Shown: positions 54,525 to 64,000 of the stretch, piece by piece
Position numbering within the stretch: the stretch's first letter is position 1
How the letters are laid out: each line of letters opens with the position of its first letter
Origin: Eledone cirrhosa
Taxonomy: Eukaryota
Direction: 5' to 3'
Assembly: GCA_964016885.1 (NCBI GenBank)
Contig: OZ024743.1
Coordinates: 288,238,001 to 288,302,000, forward strand
DNA: 64,000 nucleotides
Notes under the pieces: generated by a model
What the model was told of the DNA's origin: nothing
Seen by the model: only the letters and a program-made list of their open reading frames with translations
Databases searched by the model: none
Position numbers and translations under genes: made by a program

Positions 54525-55283
54525 TGGAAATGTCGAAAATGTAATTTTACCGTTTTTTTCTCTTTGTGCTGTTCCAGTATTAGAGCTCTGGCCATATCGG
54601 AGCACCACCATTTCTATTGATACATTTTCCATACCCCCCCCCCCCTTTTGGATTACCTTTGAAAATTGATGAATGCTACACATATGGGTATTTTTTGTCA
54701 TGAAGTAGGCTAATTTGTGATTTATCAGGTAGTAGAATGCCCATCTGCTTCTTGGAAACATCTTTACCGACTCCATATCTCTCAAGTTTTATGCTAAGAT
54801 ATTGAGAGGTTGTGGACCTTTGTACTCCCAGATATTGCAATATCTGGTTCTATCTATATATCGAGCTGATGAGATCTTATTCACTATCTAGTGATGTCTT
54901 TAAAGTATTCTCAGTAAGTAATGCGAGACGTGAAGGGTTGAAACTTTGTCACAGTAAAGAGTATTTACAGCATATTCTACCTATTAATCTAGATATAATT
55001 GCGAGTCACCAATTAAATCATTTTCATTGTAGAATATAGCCATGATAAAAAATGTTTAAAATATAGAAGATATATTACTTATATATTCATCTAGGATCGT
55101 TTGATAGAACTCCTTCATAAAACTATTGACTGATATATTAATCTGGATTTCTGCAGCGTACTAATGAGGGTTCTAAATGACCCAGGCCTCTATGTATGTA
55201 TGTATGTATGCATGTATGTATGTATGTATGTATGTATGTATGTATGTATGCATGTATGTATGTATGTATGTGTGTATGTATGT

Positions 55284-55890
55284 CAGGTCACCAGTTGGTG
55301 CTACTGGTAACATGTATCCCAGTACAACCTGTCTCATAGTCGGGTCGTTGGTGACTAAACTGGCAACCCCACCAAGGTTTCTTGGTGAGGAGGGTGACTT
55401 TGGACATCCTGCAGGACTAAAAACAAAACCTGTCAAAGGGAAAGGAGCTCTTAAAAGTCAATGGCCATCCAAAATCACCGGGAGAGATGACCCCTTAGCC
55501 TTTGTCAAGGCAGAATTCTAGGAGAAGGAAAACTCTGATATAACACCTGCAACTCTGATGGTATCCAATGATGTTGACTTGTTCTTCTTTTTGGTAAATA
55601 TCATCTTGGTTAAGAGAGTGGGACTGGCTTTGTGCAGTGCCTTTGCTTACTATAAAAGCTTCACGGCACATGCATTGCTTTATATCTGGAGATCTCTCTG
55701 CACTTGTCGTCACATGGTACCAAGGGCCCAGCACTATGTGTCAATAATTGTCACAAGTGTAGTGTTTGTACCAGAGTTTTCAAGTCGCTGGCTGGACTAA
55801 AAAGTCACACTCGTTCAGCGCATCGGTAGGAGTTCTCCTACATGGATATAAAGTAGTGGCCGTACTAGAAAACGAGTTGGCAGCCACCAT
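55284..55890 (+). mobile_element. RTE-derived bipartite non-autonomous element, family B (longer copy)
   Basis: RTE-like 5'UTR motif CTAGGAGAAGGAAAACTC, 3' TGGCCGTACTAGAAAACGAGTTGGCAGCCACCA followed by TATG; embedded in (TATG)n. Confidence 0.7.
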
Positions 55891-55898
55891 GTATGTAT

Positions 55899-56155
55899 GC
55901 ATTCTTCTAGGAGAAGGCAACTCAGGAAACTGGGATAACTCCGACATAAAACCTGCGACTCAGTAGTTACCGATGATGTTGGTCTTTTCTTCTTTTCAGG
56001 TTATAGCTACTGTCGCTCAGAGAGTGGGATTAGCTCTGTGCACAGTCTTTCCTCACTTTAGGAAAAACCCCTCACGCACAGGCATTGCACGATAGAATTA
56101 ATTAATAATTATTAATAATGGTGTATCGTTCCAATGGCCATACTCGATACTGAAG
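55899..56155 (+). mobile_element. RTE-derived family A copy (5'-truncated), directly downstream of family B
   Basis: Highly similar to 5584-5835; (TATG)n tail. Confidence 0.7.
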
Positions 56156-57346
56156 TCTGTATGTATGTATGTAAGTATGTATGTATGTATGTATGTATGT
56201 ATGTATGTATGTATGTATGTATGTATGTGTGTGTGTACGTAGTATTATGTATGTATATACGTATGTATGAATGTATTATGTATGTGCGTATTTGTGTGTG
56301 ACCTTTGAACGTGAGAGAGAGAAATAAATTATCCCTCAAATTTGAAGACATACACTTCGTTTATATATGTTCAAATCTAGAAAAAAGCAAGGAAGAGAGA
56401 TACATTTTCTACATCAGTCATGCCAAATTGTTTGGAAAAGATTTCCGCGATGCAATAATGAGAGGTTCTTATTTAGACTTAGTGAAAGCGACAGTTATTG
56501 CTCAATCTTTCTAGATCTGCTCCAATAAGCTTATGCGACTTATTAAATTCTCTTCATAAATTGGTAGACTAGAATGGTCAGTTCATGTACAAATAAAGGG
56601 TGAGATTAAGAATTGAAAATTCTCAGCGGAAATATTGGACCGACAACTGGTAATCTTCGATAATATGTTCAGTCATCAGGATTACCTGGTTTGTTCATAT
56701 TGAGATAGTTAATTCTTTACTCTATACACAAACATATACACCGACATATATATGAGTGTATGCAAGTGGTGAATCGAATTGGTCGTTAGAATGTATGACA
56801 AAATACCTGGCAATATATATTCTGACACACTTCACTCTGATTTCAAACTCCTTCGAGAACAACTTTGCCGTACATAATTTCGGTGTCGATAAAATAAAGT
56901 ACCTAGCCAAGATGGAGGATTGGCAGAATTATTAGACCTTGTAAGGATGCGGTATATTGCCGTATTTATATCATCCCTTTGAGATCTAAGTACAAATCCA
57001 GGTATAACCTACTTGTTATTATGTTATCTAGTTTGACAGTGTCACATGGGCCTTGGGTGCCGTTACGAGCGTAATCTCTATTCCAAGCATTCGAACCACA
57101 TCATTCGTCTAAGAATACTTTCCTCCCCCCCCCCCCCCCCCCCATGAAGCTAGAAAGCTTGTGCGAACTACCATTTCATCCCTGACCAAAGCAGAAAAGA
57201 GGTATGTACTCCTAGCTGTGTCGTGTGTATATTTACCTAAATAAACACACAATATTTTAATATATTTTTCTTTGACCACTGGTTTTTAACACGGGGTTCT
57301 GGTAGAAACGAGAACAATAGGAACAATGTTAGTAACAATTTGAAGG

Positions 57347-57399
<53 letters not shown>

Positions 57400-57851
57400 C
57401 TGATGATGACGATGGCGATAAGGATGGTAACGACAGTGAGGATGGTGATAATAATGGTCATGATGATGATAAGGACGAAAAAAGAGCTAGAAAATGATGA
57501 AGGTGGAGGAGGAAGACGGAAGATGTAGAAGCTGTTGTTGCTGTTATTGATGATGATGGTGATGATGATTATGATGATGATCATGATAATGACGACGATA
57601 ACGATGCTGATGATGGACTAGAAGACGAAGTAGAAGAAGAGATAAAAGGGAAACAAGAGAGGACAGTAGTGTAAAAGGCGAAGATATCCTATATTCTTAC
57701 TAGTCAGTATTTAACCTTTTATACTATATTTGTCTGTGTGTGTCTCTATGACTTGGAAGAAAACAGGAGGGCACGGCGACCGTTATAACGCTCTGCGCAT
57801 TAATATTTCATGCCGGAATGTTTGAAAGTACGTCAATATATATATATACAT

Positions 57852-57980
<129 letters not shown>

Positions 57981-58461
57981 TAAATCGCACCCCAGATTAA
58001 ACTGTCACTATGCCATTTACGGATGACTTATCTTTCACCAGATTGCTTCGCGATGACACCTCAGCTTCAGGCGGTTTAGTTGAGAAAGGTTGTTTAGCTT
58101 CTTGGATTCTTTCACACAATTCTTTTTACCGTCTACTATACTCCTTCTACTTGGACATACTAATCTCGTTGGACATTCACACACACATAGAGCGTACTTT
58201 TCAGACGTGTGAGACAGATAGAGAACCCAAGATAGATATAGCTATACATGTTATTAGAATATGGTATTTATGTATGAATTGGGTGGAAATATTTTTGAAA
58301 TTATTTTATCTGCCTCTAACCATTTAAAAATATTCTCGCTTTCTAAAAGTCCCTAGAAACATGAAAGCAGAGTCCCTTAGCTTAATGTCTAAAATTAATA
58401 TATCTGCGGTTGTAATCTGGTGCGTTATGGTGCACCTTGTACCTTACCACACTTCTTTCGT

Positions 58462-58520
<59 letters not shown>

Positions 58521-58525
<5 letters not shown>

Positions 58526-58836
58526 AAACAAGATGGCGTAGGACAGAACAAAGGAGAGGCACAAAACAAAGAAAAGAATCCCCAGTCACTGAAGAGGTCA
58601 CAGAATGTGTGTCGAAAGAACTCTGACAATAAATTAACAACCGTCCGGTTATGGAACCAACCAACTGGAAATTTATAAATTCTTAAATTTATGAATTTAA
58701 TTTATAATATATTGGAGTGAAAGTAACTGGTGCGTGTGTTTCTTATTGGCAACATGACCCTCCCAAAGCATAACAATATCGGTTTCAACACACGTTTTCA
58801 GATAAAGAATCTTGCTAAACAAATTCAGAAACGAAA
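58521..58836 (+). mobile_element. PLE pLTR copy (family of 25738-26268) in (TA)n
   Basis: Aligns to 26053-26268. Confidence 0.8.
58585..58627 (+). ncRNA. Minimal type I hammerhead ribozyme motif
   Basis: GTCA-CTGAAGA-G-GTCACA-GAA-TGTGTGTC-GAAA-GAAC-TC-TGAC; the paralog at 26114-26156 has a perfect GTCAC/GTGAC stem II. Confidence 0.7.
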
Positions 58837-58859
58837 TATATATATATATATATATATAT

Positions 58860-59698
58860 ATATCATAAATCATGTCTTTAGAATCATCAGATATTAAGAT
58901 ACATACCATTTCTTCTTCTAATTAGCATAATTAACCATATACAAAATCAAATCTAGCAAGCTTTAAGAATAAATTTTCTTATGGGGAAATCTCTGACAAA
59001 CAATCGATCGTAGCCTCTTCGCGGCAGCCCCGTTCCATTATTTATCGAACATTTCGACAGCATGCAGACTTCGACCAAATATACCATCAACCACACACAA
59101 TTAGTAGTAAAATTAAACTTAGAAGAAATGCGCACATACCGTAATTATATCCCTACCATGGTTTCTTCCTTATTTAGGACATCCAAATAATATGAATTTC
59201 CAGAGTTAGTTTCATCAGGGGATAAACTCAAAATCAGACATTTAGTTTTTCAATCCGATTCCGCCAAATTTAGATTAAAAAATGGCTAAAAATCGCTATG
59301 TAGCTGTGTTCCAGCCAGAGAGAAAGAGTGTGATTGATGCTTACGGTGGGTAGGCTTTCTGCTAGAAAGCGCAGCCATATATCGCCAAATTTAATCTCAA
59401 CCAATTGGGAGATTATTAAATATAAAGGTTATCATATACATAAAATTAAAGATATATATACGTTGCAACTGTTCACTTTTAAGCTCTATGAAGAATTAAT
59501 AAATTAAAATCAAAAAATCAGAGCATTATATCATAAATCATGTCTTTAGAATCATCAGATATTATGCTAATTAGAAGAAGAAATGGTATGTATCTTAATA
59601 TCTGATGATTCTAAAGACATGATTTATGATATAATGCTCTGATTTTTTGATTTTAATTTATTAATTCTTCATAGAGCTTAAAAGTGAACAGTTGCAAC

Positions 59699-59705
<7 letters not shown>
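58860..59705 (+). mobile_element. Permuted tandem copy plus inverted head of the 1008-1735 family; foldback at 59455-59705
   Basis: 58860-58896 is repeated at 59528-59564; arms 59455-59564 and 59596-59705 are perfect inverted repeats; the spacer is the reverse complement of 58897-58927. Confidence 0.75.
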
Positions 59706-59740
<35 letters not shown>

Positions 59741-60159
59741 AATGAATAATAACAGGTAGACATCATAAAAAGGTAGTTTATTCCGTGTGCTTACAAGTGT
59801 TTCCACGGTGGTGCTGCAGCCTAGTTCCGCTACGTGCAAATTCACAAGTATTTGCAGAACTCGAATATCCAATGCTGTGACCACTGTTTCCTCAGAGCAG
59901 AATGGTAAATATACAATGTAAAAACCCTTAAGTGGGGTTGTTGGGGAAGATAGAGTGGAACAGGAAGAGAGAAAAGTAGGGAAGAAGGAGAGAGAAGGAA
60001 AGATATGCAGGGGTTGGAGAAGTAGGAGAGAGTGGCTTGTGGATATCTTAATCAAAATGTTATATATATATATATATATATAGTTATACTTGAGGAGAGT
60101 CATATTGTTGTAATAATATTGCCAGAATTAATAAAAGAACACACTCACTGTTTGGTTGG

Positions 60160-60720
60160 TTTTCGCCTCTGTATCTTTTATATCAGTTAATTCATTCGGT
60201 CCTCAATATTTACCATTGACTGACCAACGGTAAAAAATACAGATATAATATAGACACAAACACATATATGTAGTCTAACAAAGTTCTTTCTTTTCACATC
60301 TGCAACATCATCAGTGGTGCTATTATGTTCCTCCTGTTGTATTGTATGTCTACGCCATCTTTATTTAATCTGTTTATTTATTTATTTATTTATTTATTTT
60401 TGTCTTCTTCTCTGCGCATGCGTTTGCGTGTGTGTATAGTATTTGATGTGTATTCGTGTTTGGGTGACTGTGTTTTGGTTATTGTATTCTATCTTAGTTT
60501 ACTAGTGTGTGTTTATATGTGTTTTTTGTTATTGTGCTTGTGTTTATTTATTTATTTATATTAGGTCAGTATTGTTTGTTTGTGTGTTGTTGTTGTTCCA
60601 TTCATTTTTTTCTGTTTAGCTTTGGCCTTCTAAGTTCTATTTCACTGGCCTATCTGCTGGGTCATTTCTATGTTTAGATATTATTTTAATTTCTATGATA
60701 TTATTTTAATTTCTCTTAGT
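60160..60720 (-). mobile_element. PLE 3' end (endonuclease C-terminus and pLTR with decayed hammerhead)
   Basis: Minus strand EIKIISKHRND...ELRRPKLNRKNEW; pLTR homologous to 26469-26605. Confidence 0.7.
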
Positions 60721-61014
60721 TTACCGGTCTACTATTTGTCTAATCTTATTTCTAGCTATGGTGAACTGTGCCTCTGTCTCATCATCTATTTGTTGTGGTA
60801 TACAAACCCTTTTATTAAAGGGTAACCTCGTAGGATAAATATTACCCATCTTATAAGTTATGTCAGCTGGATTGAAGAATAGTTTCTCTAAGGGGTTGTC
60901 ATTATATCTATCGTCATAGTTGTGTGTGTTGCTATTATTGTTATTATGGTGGTTGTTGTTGTTCCTATCATTAACATTATTATTATTGTTATGATTGCTA
61001 GATGTATTGCGAAT

Positions 61015-62286
61015 TAGAACCTCTGGCAAAGTATTTATTCTGATACGATTAAACACCAAGTCCAAAATGTTGGCACTCTTATTAGGGAGTTCCTGTATGG
61101 TGATGATGCATATTTTGTGGCTCACACAGTAGAGGACATAGTTGATATTGGACACCTTTACCAATGGATGCACTGTATTTGGGCTAAATATTAGTCTAAA
61201 AAGACTAAGCTCATGTACACTCCACCAGTTGGGAAAGTATATGTGGTGTCAGACGTTTTCGTGAAAGGTGGACAGCTTTGTGTATCTCGGAAGTACACTT
61301 AGTAGAGATGGTACCCTCGATGCAGAAATAGATCACCGGATTGCGAAAGCAAGTATAACCTTCGGGAAGCTTGAGAAGTGAGTCTGGTCAAATCGGGCCA
61401 TCACGAAAAACACAAAGCTCTCTGTGTAGGAGGCCTGTGTACTTACATCCCTGATATATGGATGCGAAACTTGGACAACTTACAGGCATCATATCAAGCA
61501 GCTGGAAATATTTCATCAGGATTGTTTACGACGCATCCAGAACATCAAGTGGTTCTCTTACATATCTGATGCTGTGGTACTTGAGAAAGCGGACAGCACC
61601 AGTATTGAGAGGAGGATTATTATGAATCAAATGCGATGGACTGGTCATGTGGTAAAGATGGAGGATGGAAAGCTGCCTAAACAACTGTTTTGTGGGGAGC
61701 TGACCAGAGGAAGAAGGCTACAACATAAACCAAAGAAGTGGTTTAAGGATGTCTTAAAAGACAATCGTAAAGCTCTGAAGATTGATATAGAGAACTGTGA
61801 GAGACTGGCTGAAAGCCGTACATAATGGAGAAAGATGATTAAATATGGATGTGATGTCTTTGAGAAAAAGCGAGTGGAGCATGCTGTTCTGAAGCGTTCA
61901 CTTCGTAAGCGGGACTCAAGTGCAATTCCATCAAAATTTCAGCAAGATTTGAAGTGCAATGTATGTGGCCAATTTCTCTAACATGAGCTGGTTTTCTTAA
62001 CCAGGGAGAAATCGAGCTAACTGTCAGATGGTTCTATTCCCATACACTCCACGGAATATTTGCAGTGAGTGTGGCTTAATTTTCAAGTGGATGGACTGAC
62101 CAAACATGGTAAAATGCATGAAAACACACTCCAGTCGGTATTGGCAGGAGACATACAGTTGAAGTGTCACATCTGAGAACGTATCTTCAAAACAAAAGAG
62201 GGTCTGAAAAGTCACCTGCATGCACATGACCGTGAAATGTTCAGTGAAGGGATGGCACTCTTCTGACAAAAAGCATAAATCAACAT
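61015..62286 (+). mobile_element. RTE-BovB-like LINE 3' half with C-terminal zinc-finger-like motifs and (TATG)n tail
   Basis: REFLYGDDA, FGLNISLKKT, YLGSTLS, LIYGCETWT, MRWTGHVVKM...LPKQLFCGEL; CNVC, CSEC and CHI* motifs with downstream H residues; tail at 62286-62375. Confidence 0.9.
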
Positions 62287-62559
62287 GTATGTATGTATGT
62301 ATGTATGTATGTATGTATGTATGTATGTATGTATGTATGTATGTATGTATGTATGTATGTATGTATGTATGTATGCATATTTATATGTGCCTATGTGTTC
62401 GTGTGTTTATAAACGTATCTGGTTATAAATTCATTACGATTTGTAGCCCTTTAAATATAAATGGATATGTGGGTAAAGACGCATATACTTAAAGAGATGG
62501 CTTGTAGTGAAAAAAGGGAGACAAAAATACTTAGAGAGAAAGAGAGAGAGAGAGAGAGG

Positions 62560-62613
<54 letters not shown>

Positions 62614-62756
62614 ATAAGAGAGAAACAGAAAGAGTGGAAAGGAAAAGGAGATGAGGGAGAGTGTGTACAACCCAAACTAAAAGAGAATCTCACCCAAAAT
62701 AAATTTTTTAATGGTGGAACGTTGAATTATATTTCGAAAACAAAATAGGTTCATAA

Positions 62757-62887
<131 letters not shown>

Positions 62888-63021
62888 CAAAACAAAACAA
62901 TTGAAATCTACAAAATGAAAGTACAAAAAAGCATGGTGATAAAGAATATTATGTTCGAGTCTCCCTGGACTATGGATATATGGCTATTTAGGTAATTAGA
63001 TGGATAATTGGCTATAAACAT

Positions 63022-63052
<31 letters not shown>

Positions 63053-63489
63053 CATTCATACAGAGAGAGATTGATAGATAGCTATATAGATAGAGAGATA
63101 TATAGACACATGTATATAGATAGATGGATATATTACAAAGAGTTGTTATGTAGTAGCAGTACATAGTACATACATGTATAAATGATAGGTCCCGAGGAGA
63201 TTAGAAAAATGGGAAATAAGCGAGAAATTGCCTCAGATTATCTCTAAATGAGATTTTGGTATTAGATAGTTTTAATGTTCACTTTGGCACGAGAAAGCGG
63301 CGTAGATAAGTCTGCCAGAATAGAAGTAAAGGCAATTGCGAAGGAATTTATTCCCTCAAGTAAGAAGTAACATATTTATTTATTTATATCTCTGGCTATT
63401 TATTTATTTACCTATTCATTTCTTTCTGTACATCGAAGTAGATCAAAAGAAAGTGAAATTATATAATAAATAAATAAGAAACATCAATA

Positions 63490-64000
63490 ATAATTGTTTC
63501 AACTTTTGGCACAAGGCCAGCAATTATCCCAGTGCATTACTGGTGCTTTATTTTATCGACCCGGTAAGGGTAAAAGGCAAATTTATCTCCGGTGGGATTT
63601 GAACTCACACCGTAAAGGGCCGTAACTCTATGCTGCAAATCATGGTGTCGGACGCGCTACCGATACTGATTCCTGTAGGCACAAGGCCAACAATTTGTGG
63701 GGGAGGGAAAAGTCGATTAAATCGATCTTAGTGCATTACTGATACTTTAATTTATCGACCCCGAAAGGTTGAAAGACAGAGCTAACCACGGTGAAATTTG
63801 AACTCAGAAGGTAAAGGGGCGTAACTATATGCCGAAAGCGTGTTGTTCGATACTAACAACTCTCCCACTTTATTTTATCGCTCCCGTAATAATGAAAGGC
63901 AAACTGAATAATGGTTTCTGATTCAGGCACAAGGCCAACAATTTTGGGGAGGGGAAGGAGAAAGTCGATTAAATCGAACTAAGAGTATTAGTGGTACTTT
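63490..64000 (-). mobile_element. Cluster of three tandem SINE copies (two subfamilies)
   Basis: 63490-63670 fits the family consensus; 63676-63850 and 63915-64000 carry an extra GGGGAGGG...AAGTCGATTAAATCGA segment. Confidence 0.8.

Noticed and set aside
60721-61173. 150-aa minus-strand ORF as a host gene
   Set aside because: It is chimeric: the first part is antisense to the RTE fragment, and the rest lies in a PLE-associated segment with an Asn-rich repeat.

Overview
AT-rich eukaryotic DNA saturated with microsatellites and retroelements, with no confidently identifiable host protein-coding gene. It is most likely intronic or intergenic, and the SINE and microsatellite spectrum suggests an octopus or other coleoid cephalopod (inference). 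Most ORFs in the track are translations of microsatellites. Recognisable elements are: a near full-length but disrupted R4/Dong-clade RT+RLE retrotransposon (~41.7-45.85 kb, minus strand) sitting in (CATA)n; an internally deleted Helitron with both termini; several RTE-clade LINE fragments and two RTE-derived bipartite non-autonomous families; about a dozen tRNA-derived SINE copies, some with long TSDs; Tc1/mariner and pogo remnants; a 19-bp minisatellite with higher-order repeats; and many Penelope-like element (PLE) fragments embedded in (TA)n. Three patterns are the most striking. (i) A dense set of type I hammerhead ribozyme motifs, three with a compensated U3-A8 core. (ii) Recurrent (TA)n-flanked foldback palindromes built from PLE-like ends. 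(iii) A possible SINE partnership with the R4/Dong LINE through a shared 3' motif. Coordinates were read by eye and are approximate.
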